NCBI GenBank assembly: GCA_964036045.1
Contig: OZ038378.1
Span: 28,334,001-28,398,000 of the forward strand
Length of the DNA: 64,000 nt
Reading direction: 5' to 3'
Origin: Eutreptiella sp. 'Long Island Sound 2002'
Lineage: Eukaryota; Protista; Euglenida
Shown: in pieces, positions 23,545-33,331 of the stretch
Layout: each line of letters opens with the position of its first letter
Position numbering within the stretch: position 1 is the stretch's first letter
The notes under the pieces: generated by a model
The model's database searches: none
Seen by the model: the letters and a program-made list of their open reading frames with translations, nothing else
What the model was told of the DNA's origin: nothing
Program-made: the position numbers and the translations under genes

Positions 23545-24933
23545 TTATAGGTCCTCCTTCAGTTGGGAGATATCTCCCATAGACCCTTGCTTCAACGGCC
23601 ATGAGCGGCGGGTAGGCCTAGCGTAGCATAGCTTTTTCGCCACCAATCTCCTCTTGGAGTCCACGTACTCTCTCAGCCTGGATCGGGGGTCCAACTCCTC
23701 GTCCAGGGGCTCCTCTCCCCTCATGGAGAGTAGGGGTTTCAGTGGGGCAGCGTACTCGCCGTTCTCCACTTCCTCCACACACGTCTGCACGAAGAAGGCG
23801 TCGTGCTCAGTCTCGTCATCAGAGTGTATAGAGCTGGGTAGCTCGGATAGCCCAAACTCTGAGACTACATCAGGATTAGATACACGGCAAGGGGAGTTGG
23901 GGGCAACAGTGTCAGACACGACGTACTCGTCTCCCCCAGGAGTAGTCTCCACGGCGTCTCGAGGTCGTAGTTGATTTTTCAGGACGTCCAGGGTGTAGCC
24001 GCTGCTCTCACGTTGAATTTCCTGGACCATAGCAGGGTCCAGATCTTCGCAGGGCACTGGAGCTAGGCTGCCGTCCACCACGCTTAGCATGCTCCCCCAT
24101 CAAGGTTTCCCGATGGGCGTCTTGCGGCCCAGAGGCACGTAGATGGCGTCATCCGGCAGCTGGATGGAGGTGAGTGTTAGCTTGTCCAATAGAGTACGCC
24201 AGTACTCATTTCCCCCATGGGCTCCCCAATCGGGAGAGCACAGGACCATACGGGAACGTTCCAGGGCCACCTTGGTCAGGACCTTCCCCAGTTCACTGAA
24301 TCTTGGGTTCCCGTAGGCCATCCCGAAAGAGGGCCAGTAAAATTTATAGCAGCAATTTTTCCCCTTGCTGCAGTAGAGGTCCAGGACATGTTCCTTGTCG
24401 CTGGCGAATAGCTCCACGTTCAGGTCTTCCCGGGAGTATCCCAACTCCTTCAGACCTTGGTCCAAGACATCCCCCAGGAGCTGATAGTCCTCAGTTTCGG
24501 AGGCGACCATCATGGTTGAGGGCTCCCTCTTGCATACCCTCAGGTAGCTAGACGTGTGCTCAGACTGCTCCAGAGGTACAAATTCCCAGCCGTCACCATG
24601 GTCCACTTGGAGGACGTAGGGTGCTTGCAGTGTGAGGGATAGGATCTGGGAGTGCTCGACGAAGAAGTCGGTCCCCAGTACAAAGTCGAAGGCTTCGGTG
24701 TCCATCACGTAGAACCGATGGGCAATGCTTCTAGAACCCACAGGCACTTCGACCTCACAGTCCCCACAACTGTGCACCATATGCCCATCTCCCATGCGGA
24801 TGGCTGCGGTAGGCAAGATGTTCTTCAGGTCCCCACAAGGTAAAATTTTCTTGGCCACAATAGATATAGTGGCCCCAGTATCCAGTACCCCCAGGTATTC
24901 ACGTCCCCCAAGACGGATACGTACCCAGAACAC
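23545..24933 (-). pseudogene. pol: Gypsy pol: aspartic protease, Dam-like methyltransferase domain and spacer
   Basis: LDTGATISIV (protease); VELFAS...YCS...YWP...YGNPRF..LGKVLTKV....MVLCSPDW....YW..LL (DIRS-type MT); frameshift near 24095. Confidence 0.8.
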
Positions 24934-24934
24934 C

Positions 24935-25345
24935 AGGTCTGTAGGCCCCCCGGAGCGTCCCTGTCAGAACTCCGCGGGGCAGGTCACTTCGAACCCCTTC
25001 TTCTGGAGTTTCCGCGCCATGCGCATGAAACGGGAGCGCTTGCGGGCATTAGACTGGTCCCCATCTTCGTTACCACGCTTGGTCCCTTGTTCTTGTTGGC
25101 CTTGCGTCTGGGAACGGGTCGTAGGTCCCGTGTTGGGTTGCCCACCAGAGGGCTCAGGGTTCCGCCCTGGCGTAGGATTGAGGTTCCCTCCGGACGGGTT
25201 CGCGTTCTTGTCCTTCTCAGGCTTGCAGTCGCCGCCTCCTGGTCCACCTTTGCCTTTGCCTCCTTGGCCTTTGCCATGGAAAGAAGGGGCACAACATAAA
25301 CAAAGTCACGCGCCCAGTGCTGGCAGAAGGAGGGATCTTGAGGCT
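24935..25345 (-). pseudogene. gag: C-terminal remnant of Gypsy gag
   Basis: G/K-rich low-complexity peptide (GKGQGGKGKGG...RKRSRFMRMARKLQKKG) directly upstream of the protease. Confidence 0.55.
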
Positions 25346-25421
25346 GAGAGAGCGAGGGCAATGGGCTAGAGAGAAGCGGAGGCTAGGGACACCCAATCTG
25401 CTATGGTTCCAGCATGCATGA

Positions 25422-25953
25422 GTGCAAGGATCGTCAGCGATCCACCTGCGACGGCTTGTGTACACCGTCACCAAACAACACATCGAAGACGACCGAGAAC
25501 TAGTGGTGCTACTACTTGACCAGTCCAACGCGTATGGTCAGCTTGACAGAATCGGCATGATGCACCTGGTAGAGCATGACCCCGGCTTCCACACGACATG
25601 GGCAGAGGCCTTGTACCTCTATGCCAAGCTCCTCGTGTTCATCCTCACGCCGTATGGACTGTCGGAGGGATACACCATAAGAGAAGGCGTTATACAAGGA
25701 GGGGGCATGGACCCCATCCATTTCTTATGGTTCACCATGCTCCTGGCGGTGTGGTGCGGTTGGCACACCACAGGGGTAGCCCTGCGCACCACGATGGGGA
25801 TTCAGCAGCTCAGGCCGCAGGCGGTACTGGACAACGTCACCATGTTCGCAGCGAGTCCAGGACGTGTCATTCAAGACGCCGACGGATTGCTGAAGCACGG
25901 GGGGCGCATGAACCTGGTGATTAACGCAGACAAATTGGCGCTGCTGCACTACT
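25422..25953 (+). pseudogene. LINE RT core
   Basis: LLDQSNAYGQL, GVIQGGGMDP, AVLDNV (degenerate xxDD), INADK. Confidence 0.88.
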
Positions 25954-26132
25954 TGGGATGCAGCGTTCTAGGGCGTGGTGCGGAACCCCCCCAATTTTGG
26001 GTGTTGTTAATATGGTTGGAACCCGGAATTTCACATGTTACATGGGTGCACTATGATGCAACAATGTGCCTTCCATGTTTCGTTTGCTCGATATTGCCCG
26101 TTTTGCACTTTTTGCGATTTGATCTTTGTGTG

Positions 26133-26699
26133 CTCTAACTAGTTATCGCGGGGTTAGAACGGGGTTAGAGCACTAGTTATCGCGTGGGTTATCGCGCGAT
26201 AACCTAGTTATCGCGGGGGTTATCGCGGGGGTTATCGCGCGATAACTAGTTATCGCGTGGGTTATCGCGTGGGTTATCGCGCTTCATTTTATGTTTCCCC
26301 TTTTCGCTTTAGCTCTCAACTGACTGGCAACTGACTTGACTGATTTGAGAGGCACCCTATCCAAATCATCCAAAAGACTGTGTGACTGATTTGAATTTGT
26401 GATTGTGGCGCCATGTACCCCGTGCCTGCACATTGTTGACATCTCCAAGGTTTCCTGGGTGCAAAATCAACGTTTGTGAAGGTTTTAGGGTGCCCAACGC
26501 TTGCTCTAACACCACCAGTTAGTGCGCACTAACCCCTGCTCTAACTAGTTATCGCGGGGGTTATCGCGCTCTAACTGGGTGCTCTAACTAGTTATCGCGG
26601 GGGGTTATCGCGCTCTAACTAGTTATCGCGGGGGGTTATCGCGGGGGTTATCGCGCGATAACCTAGTTATCGCGGGGGTTATCGCGTGGGTTATCGCGT
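26133..26699. repeat. Left subterminal array: ~19 copies of GTTATCGCG in two blocks, plus GCTCTAAC/GTTAGA motifs
   Basis: Counted directly in 26142-26282 and 26548-26698; several copies form GTTATCGCGCGATAAC palindromes. Confidence 0.9.
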
Positions 26700-26762
26700 G
26701 TGTTTTTTGGGCCCTTGCTTCAAAACCCTCCCTCATTTCGCGCCCAGGTCCTCTTATTCTTC

Positions 26763-28421
26763 ATGGACAATGCTGTCAATGAGGCCCTGCGGGCTCTCAA
26801 CACAGCCAACCTGCGGCGGTACACCGATCTGCAGTGCCCCAAGGCCCGGCGGCGGCGTTTGAAGGCGGTTCAGCGGCTGGTGCGAGTTCTATTGGGTGAC
26901 CCAGACGTCGTGTGTGGCACCAACACCAAAGGCGAAGTTTGTTTAAGTGGTGGGGCGTGCACTGCCCTGTCTGGCCCACTTGGCGGCCATCTTGCATTAA
27001 CAGCTCAGGAGCATGAGGCCCTGAGCATGCTACGCATGGCATGCAGCATGCATCTCTCCCAACGGGCCCTTTTGCGAATGCCCCGCCGTTGCACACAACG
27101 GGACCTAAGGACCGTTCGGCAACGGATCATGCCCTACTTTCCCCAAACCACCATTGTAAAGTCTACCACAGGCCGCAATAGGGCAGCTGCCCATGTGCCT
27201 TTGCAATCAATTGTGCAAAATGCAATATCTATGGCCCGAGTTATTGGGAAACCCCCCCCTAGTGGCGTTGCCATTATTGTTATTTCAGTTGATGCGACTT
27301 CCTTGTGGAAGGCATCCTCTACCCGTGCCGATGTATGGGTTAATGTATGGGGGGGGGCAAAATATGCTTCGAAGGTGAAGCTATGGGCCTCATGGTTTTG
27401 CATGGATGGCGGGGATGAACAGGCTTTTTTGAGAAGCCTGGACATCTCCGCCAACCTCAACCAAGAGGTGAGGGATGTGGAAGAGGACGTTGTCCTCTTT
27501 CAAAACCAATTTTTGACTTGCACTGTCATTTTGACAGGGGATGGGAAGGGGATGCAAGCAATGGGGGGGGCTGGGTCTAAGTGTTGGTTGTGCAAAGACC
27601 CCAATGGGATTGTTGAGCAAATGGGGGTGGAGTCCACCTCAAGATGGGGGTCATTCTTGAGAAGTGTGACCCCTGATAGGCGGCCGGGGGACTACCAACA
27701 TGCAGCATGCCGCATTCTAAACGGCATTGCAAAGCGCATTGAGACCACCCTCCAGGCCCTCCCCCCTAGTACCCCTGGTAAGGCCCAAGCTCTTGCAGCT
27801 TTGCAGGCCTTCAAACAAGCCCTCAAGGATGAGACCGCAGGCATCCCTCTTAGGGAACGCCTCCCTTCGGCCTCGAGGGCCACAGAAAAAGATTTCGATC
27901 TAACCAGCACCAAAGTTTTCCTAACCTCCCCCCCCTTCCAAAGGCAATTTGTGGAATGCCTCAAAGAGCATGTCCCCACAGTGAGGACCCCTGGGGGACC
28001 TATGTTATGGGTTGTTGTGCATGTCATGGTGAAATGCATTGAGGGTTTGTATGAGCTTTGGAGGGTGAGGGAGTTGTACACTCTAACCCAAGTGGAACGC
28101 CACCGTGCGTTGACCACAAAATTTTCAAAAGCGTGGGGAGACTCAGGTTGGTCCCCCACCAGGTGGATCCATTGGTGCTTGGCACATTCCACCTTTTTTG
28201 CCGAGAAATGGAGGAACATTTTTCAGTTTTCCTCCATCCCAACGGAGTATCGGCATGGGCCTTACAAGAGGAGGCTCAAAAATTGTTTTAAGGGTTGGTC
28301 TTTGGTGAGGCCAAGTATGTCCCTCCGCCACATGCACCATTGCATGTCCATGAACGCCCTGGAGCAAGGGCTTTTGGGACTGGAGGCAGCCAAGGCCTCA
28401 GACATTGATGACTTTGTATGA
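26763..28421 (+). CDS. RAG1/Transib-like transposase, 552 aa from the ATG at 26763
   Basis: ISVDAT (D), GGDE, LTGDGK (D), CWLC, GDYQH, IHWCLAH (Hx4H), SSIPTEYRH (E, 20 aa after the last His as in RAG1). Confidence 0.85.
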   Translation: MDNAVNEALRALNTANLRRYTDLQCPKARRRRLKAVQRLVRVLLGDPDVVCGTNTKGEVCLSGGACTALSGPLGGHLALTAQEHEALSMLRMACSMHLSQRALLRMPRRCTQRDLRTVRQRIMPYFPQTTIVKSTTGRNRAAAHVPLQSIVQNAISMARVIGKPPPSGVAIIVISVDATSLWKASSTRADVWVNVWGGAKYASKVKLWASWFCMDGGDEQAFLRSLDISANLNQEVRDVEEDVVLFQNQFLTCTVILTGDGKGMQAMGGAGSKCWLCKDPNGIVEQMGVESTSRWGSFLRSVTPDRRPGDYQHAACRILNGIAKRIETTLQALPPSTPGKAQALAALQAFKQALKDETAGIPLRERLPSASRATEKDFDLTSTKVFLTSPPFQRQFVECLKEHVPTVRTPGGPMLWVVVHVMVKCIEGLYELWRVRELYTLTQVERHRALTTKFSKAWGDSGWSPTRWIHWCLAHSTFFAEKWRNIFQFSSIPTEYRHGPYKRRLKNCFKGWSLVRPSMSLRHMHHCMSMNALEQGLLGLEAAKASDIDDFV

Positions 28422-28489
28422 AAAACGACCACAGATGCTTTGTGCCAAGTGTTTTGTGTTGTTTGTCCTAGTGAGGGATGGAGGAGGGG

Positions 28490-28612
28490 TGCGCGATAAC
28501 TACCCGCGATAACTGCGCGATAACTGAGTTATCGCGCGATAACTAGCGCGATAACTAGTTAGAGCAAGGTGCTCTAACTGCGTTCTAACTCTGTTCTAAC
28601 TGTGCTCTAACT
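28490..28612. repeat. Right subterminal array: ~5 inverted CGCGATAAC copies plus G(C/T)TCTAAC motifs
   Basis: Direct reading; mirror orientation to the left array. Confidence 0.9.
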
Positions 28613-28804
28613 CTTTGACCCCCCCCCCAAAAACCACCCCCATGATGCGGGTTATGTGGGGAAAGAAAGGGGATGGGGGGTTTTTGAGGGTGCTGAATCC
28701 ATTTTTTTAGGTGGTTTGCCCCAAAATTGAGGGTAGGTGGGTGTTCCAGAAATTGCGTTCTAACTAGGGGTTCCGCACCACGCCCTAGAACGCTGCATCC
28801 CACT

Positions 28805-30713
28805 GTTTGGGCAGGAACGGCATGCGGTGCATGCCGTTGCGACATCAAATTGGAGGGTACACAGTGGAAGCCAGGCGCAACGCAGAGTACGTGCGGCACC
28901 GGGAGGAGATGTAAATTGGTTCGGCACGGGGAGGGAAGAATTGGCACACGTACGGCGCCTCAGCTGGAGAGTCCAAGCACGGGCCAAGCCGAGGACGCCT
29001 AGCGTAAGCGTCCTCAGAGTGCTGGTGGAGGGAATTGTGATGAATGCATGGGTCATCCGGCGTGTCGTATAATTGCTAGATGATGCGCTGGGCTAGCAGC
29101 CTAGACCGGTGGGTGTAACGGCCGTGGGGGCGGCAGTCGCTCGGCTGCACAGAGCGGTTCTCGACCTGCCCAATAAGACGCCTTGGCGCTTCATATTTGG
29201 GGCCGAACACCTAGCCATGGCGCACCCTGCGGTCAGCTTGTGGATCACGTTCCCGTTGAAGCTTACCATAGCGGCCAATTCGGCACACGGCCAAACAGGA
29301 CGGGCTGTGCGGTGGGAAGTGGTCAGACACGTGCAGGCAACACACACCCAACCACAAAGCCCCGTGACGCACAGCGAATATGACATCCTTGGGCGCTGGT
29401 GCGCGCAAGTGGGATGGAGCGTCCGCGTGGTCCGGGATGAGAGTCACGGAGAACGGTGGACGTACGATGGCCGGCCCCTGCTGGCACGGCAACCACTGCT
29501 ATTGGTGGGGGACTTCAGTGCACATGCTAGCCAGCATGAATGGGGCATGGGGGCAATACTGGCGGCGTTACAAGGTGACGTGCTATGGGAGGCAAGGGCG
29601 TGGATGCACGTGCAAGGGGCCTCCACCACACTGCTCGAGGCGACCATTCTGCACGAAGCGGCGCGGGCGGTTCTGGAGACCACGGAAGGGCGCGAAGCTT
29701 GGCCGACATTGTAACGGTTTGCTGACAACCGGGCGGCGAAAGTGCGCCTGCAGCACGGCCCAATGGCCACGGCATGTGTGGAGCTGCTACAACGAGTTGA
29801 AGCAGCCGAAGAGTTGCACGTGGCAAGAAATTGGACCGTCGGCTGGAGTGCAGCGCAGCATGACACGGGGGCGACGGATGTCGTCTCAATGGTGAACAAG
29901 CGGGCGGATGAGATCAGCAACCTCGCTCGGGTGGCAAAGCGGAACGATCACAGGTGGCACGTACCGCAATCTTGGATTGACCGTGACACCCTCTTTTGGA
30001 AGCAGGGCGATGCCATCATCTGTGACGTGTGGCCAATGGCCAAGAGGGACTTCGTGTGGGGCCCCAAGAACAAGGTACACAACGTGGAGAATGTGCACCC
30101 AGTGCCTGTGCCGCCGGAGAGGCAACCAGACAAGCAACTCCGAACAACGTGGGAGACGGTGAGCCCGCTACTCCCCAGGGATGCGGTCATGGCCAAGCTA
30201 TCGCGGGCATGCCAGGACCTCACGCAGTTTCAGGCGGATGGAGAAGGATCAGGAGAGTGTGCCCGTTGCGGCATGCACGTGGCAGTACAACGCCATCATC
30301 TCATCCATGAGTGCCCAGTGGTCCAGCGCCATTGGCGAGCGGCCGTTGATGCAGTGGCGGCGCTCATACAAAAACAACTAAAAGCACGGGCCCGCCTGCT
30401 GCGGGCGTGGCGAGGAGTTCTGCTGGAGCGGCCGCCCACGGTGCCAGTGGTGTACGTGGGCTGGACGCAACCGTGGGACCACGGCCTCACAAGGCCGGCA
30501 GGGGCAGCAGTGTTGCCAGTATGTGTTCACATTGTGCCATCTCAGGCAGTCGTCCAGGCGCTGCAAAGGTGTATCCGCACCGACGCCAGTCTGCTCTTAG
30601 TGCATTGCATGCGTGCAGTGTACCGTGTACAGGGCATGGAGGAATGGACGGCTAAAGACGTCTTGGCCGTCCAGCGACTGCTGCCATGGGCCGGAGTGAC
30701 GTGGCGGCTGTAG
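28805..30713 (+). pseudogene. LINE RT thumb, RNase H and CCHC zinc knuckle
   Basis: YVRH(L)GGDVNWFG; LVGDFSAH / TTLLEATIL / FADNRAA / WSAAQHDTG..VNKRADEIS (RNase H D-E-D-D); CARCGMHVAVQRHHLIHEC. Confidence 0.85.
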
Positions 30714-30856
30714 ATGGCGAGAGTGGCGCGCGGGCCGAGGACTGGGGCCTATGGGAACGTGCCGTGGCAGGTGCTTGAGCAGGTGCTCCACCTCGTGGAA
30801 GACTTCCACCTGGACAGCGCAATAGAGCTTGCCCTAGTGGAGGCGGGTGCGCCGGG

Positions 30857-31524
30857 CGAGGGGAAAATTGGCTTGCGCGGGGGCGGGGCGTGGGAGCCCC
30901 CCGAAGGAGGGGGCGAAGGGGGTCTTGCAATGGGACATTTGTGACAGAACCCTTGGTAAAGTGCCAATCACCTCGAAGAGAGGTTGTTAGATCAAGCAAG
31001 CGCAGGCAGGGGCGTCGTATACCCCCCCTTTTTGGGGTCATTCGCTTAGCATACCCCAATGCATGATATAATAATTTGTAGTCAGAAGGCTCCAAGCAGT
31101 GGGGATGCGCACTTCTGTCAAAAGGACCCACGGTCGAATGGTAGCGCAGCCGACAGAAGATTTTTTGGTCGGCAGTTCGAATCATTGCCTGTCGACGCGC
31201 CCGACGGGGTGCAAACCGCCGACCGCAAAGTCGGCGGCGGGTTGCATTACCGGTCGGCTGTTGTGTACTACGGGTCTATCTGCCCTCCCCACTGCTTGGA
31301 GCCAAGTCTGCCACTGACAAAAACCCAAACTGTGCGTTTTTGTCCGACCGGACATAAATACCACCACTGCTGCCCCCCCCCCCCATGGAAGTTCAACTTT
31401 ATTTGCCACCATCTATGACCTTTTTCAAGGCCCTGTCACGGGAGCCAAGGAGGGGGGGGGGTCCGGGAAAGGGGCTCCAACGACCCCCCCCCCCCCGCTG
31501 CGCAAGCCAATTTTCCCCCACCCC
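30857..31524. mobile_element. MITE (~670 bp) inserted in the LINE 3' ORF
   Basis: Inverted GGGGAAAATTGGCTTGCGC near both ends; CGCCGGG/CGCCAGG flanks; removal gives the in-frame peptide EAGAPG|RVRVRYMRATPD. Confidence 0.65.
31088..31303. mobile_element. Small MITE-like element (216 bp) nested in the larger MITE
   Basis: Perfect 18-bp IR GGCTCCAAGCAGTGGGGA; AA on both flanks; several GCCGAC/GTCGGC hairpins inside. Confidence 0.6.
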
Positions 31525-32599
31525 CGCCAGGGAGAGTGAGGGTCAGGTATATGCGGGCGACGCCGGACAGAGATGAGTGGCATGGGCTAGTGGATCCGCA
31601 GGCGACGTGGATGGTCCACGTGTGGAAACAACGGCGAGAGAGTACCCAGAAGGGCATCCTCGTAGGTGTCACGGCGGCCGACGGCACTTTCGTCCAGGGC
31701 ATGCGTGAGCACGAGGCAGTCATCATGCGCATCCAAGGATGGTTCATAGTGCTAGCAGTCACGGAGTGCATGCAGTATCGATGCCCTACCCAACAAGGGC
31801 TCAACAAATGCTTCGCAGACGTCGCTGTGTGACACAGGATGGGAAGCCCAAACAGGAGACGTACAACTAGCAGTGCATACGGACCTATGTACTCACGCAC
31901 TGCTTGTAGACCTCGTGTTGGCCCACCCCTTGTTACACCGCTACCTGTTAGGGGCCCCGGGCGCTCTCGCGGCCCCGCTCGCCACGAGTCTCGATTTCCT
32001 GTGCGTACTCCCTTCCCTGTCGCGCCTTGCATAATGCTGCACTCACCTTTCACCTCCGCTGCAATTTCCTGTCCTCTGGGCGCTGCCAGTAGGCCGCCTC
32101 TTCAGTGTTCGTCGGCCGGCATCAGACGCGCTGATGCCCAACAGGACCGTCGCTCTGGCCTCCGCGCATGCGCATATGCCGGGGCCATTGGCCACCGCTG
32201 TACATGTGCTTCACCGGACTTTCGACCTGACTCGTACTGTGTCCTGCGGCTACCCTTTGCGTTGTGACTGGCTCCCTTTGCCCTGGCCGGCCCAGCCCTT
32301 GTGCGGACAGACGCTCTAGTGCCCCATGAGACCAGCACTCTAGTCCTGGTGACCTCCCTTCCGCTGTCACTTGCATGCATCCAAGCCAGCTTCTGCCTAT
32401 TCTGGCGCCCCTGCTCCTGTCCTCCCTGCCGTGCCCCTATGTACTCCGGTGGCAGGGTCGCCTCGATATATATCTGTCATGGATGGCTGGGGCTGGTCGC
32501 CGCGGACCAGGTGCGCTTCAGTGGCCATCCCTCGGACGATGACCTCACGGGTCTTCACCACTTAAACCCTTTGCCTTTGCCTTTGCCGCGTTGCTGTGG

Positions 32600-32826
32600 C
32601 TGATGGTGGTCCCTCCCGCAGTGGCCTGCCGCCTCGGGGCCGCGTTCACGACCGTGTCCCCGGTGCGGGGCGGGCAGACCGCCGCCGTCTGAAAAAGGCG
32701 AGACACAAGCACAAGCACAAGCACAAGCACAAGCACAAGCACAAGCGCCCCACATTCCCCCATTTCCCCCCATTTTCCCCCACTTGCCCCCATTTCCCCC
32801 CATTCTTCCTTTTCCCCATTTTGTAG
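32600..32826. repeat. Dispersed repeat with (CACAAG)7 and CCCCATTT tracts, copy 2
   Basis: Homologous to 7560-7735. Confidence 0.75.
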
Positions 32827-32904
32827 CGGGAAGTTGTGCGGGAAGTTGACATGTCAGGTGGAGCGAGTAGTTCTGGACCCTGGAAGACTGGGGCTAGAAG
32901 TCCT
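32827..32904 (+). CDS. Putative host-gene exon (REVVREVDMSGGASSSGPWKTGARSP)
   Basis: Pyrimidine tract plus TAG acceptor, GTGAG donor, phase 0; joins in frame to 33038. Confidence 0.45.
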
Positions 32905-33037
32905 GTGAGCACGACGGAAGACGATGGCTGCTGCACCCACAACGCAAACACGCACCCTAAGAGCAGTGCAATTTGTTGTTCAGTGTGTGCCCCTGTTAAG
33001 TCCCCCAGGGTTCCCTTTGCCCTTTGTGCCTCGCCAG

Positions 33038-33331
33038 GTGATGCAGGCCGCAAGAAGGCTGGCATTGATCGAAGATGCAGTTCCGTATGACGCCCTGCTT
33101 GGTGCCCTGCGCACGGCCTATTCTACAGCTCAGAGTCAGTTGATGTTTGCCTCAAGTCGAACGAAGGTCCCAGTCCAGCCAGTGCTCCGGGAGCTGCTTG
33201 CCCGTGAGAATCTGCTGGAGTGGAAGGAGGAGCTGAAGGATTTGATGACTGTTCTGGGGACTGCAGCACATGTGAACCGCCGCCGCTCCATGAGGGCCCT
33301 TGCGAAGCTACAGTACCTGAGCGTCGAGGAG
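33038..33331 (+). CDS. Putative host-gene exon, helical (ARM/HEAT-like?) protein
   Basis: cctttgtgcctcgccag acceptor, GT donor at 33332, 98 protein-like codons (VMQAARRLALIEDAVPYDALLG...LQYLSVEE). Confidence 0.65.

Larger units (their letters stand above)
19030..25345 (-). mobile_element. Ty3/Gypsy (chromovirus-type) LTR retrotransposon, 5'-truncated, frameshifted pol
   Basis: Domain order is gag end, protease, MTase-like, RT, RNase H, integrase, chromodomain. The left boundary is approximate and no 5' LTR is seen. Confidence 0.92.
25954..28802 (+). mobile_element. Apparently intact RAG1/Transib-like DDE DNA transposon (2849 bp)
   Basis: Perfect 36-bp TIRs TGGGATGCAGCGTTCTAGGGCGTGGTGCGGAACCCC (25954-25989 and 28767-28802); CT duplication at 25952-53 and 28803-04; removing the element restores the host RT frame; single long ORF. 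Confidence 0.92.
25345..32590 (+). mobile_element. Decayed LINE (RT, RNase H, CCHC, C-terminal extension, long 3' UTR) interrupted by DNA transposons
   Basis: Domains are collinear once the insertions at 25954-28802 and 30857-31524 are removed; possible (CCTTTG)n tail at ~32568-32587. Confidence 0.85.

Noticed and set aside
26133-26699. Short regularly spaced palindromic repeats resembling a CRISPR array
   Set aside because: 9-bp motifs with no unique spacers and no cas genes; they are mirrored at the other end of a TIR transposon
28801-28806. RSS-heptamer-like CACTGT at the right junction of the RAG-like element
   Set aside because: Four of the six bases are TSD or host LINE sequence and the left end has no counterpart (CACTACT); treated as coincidence
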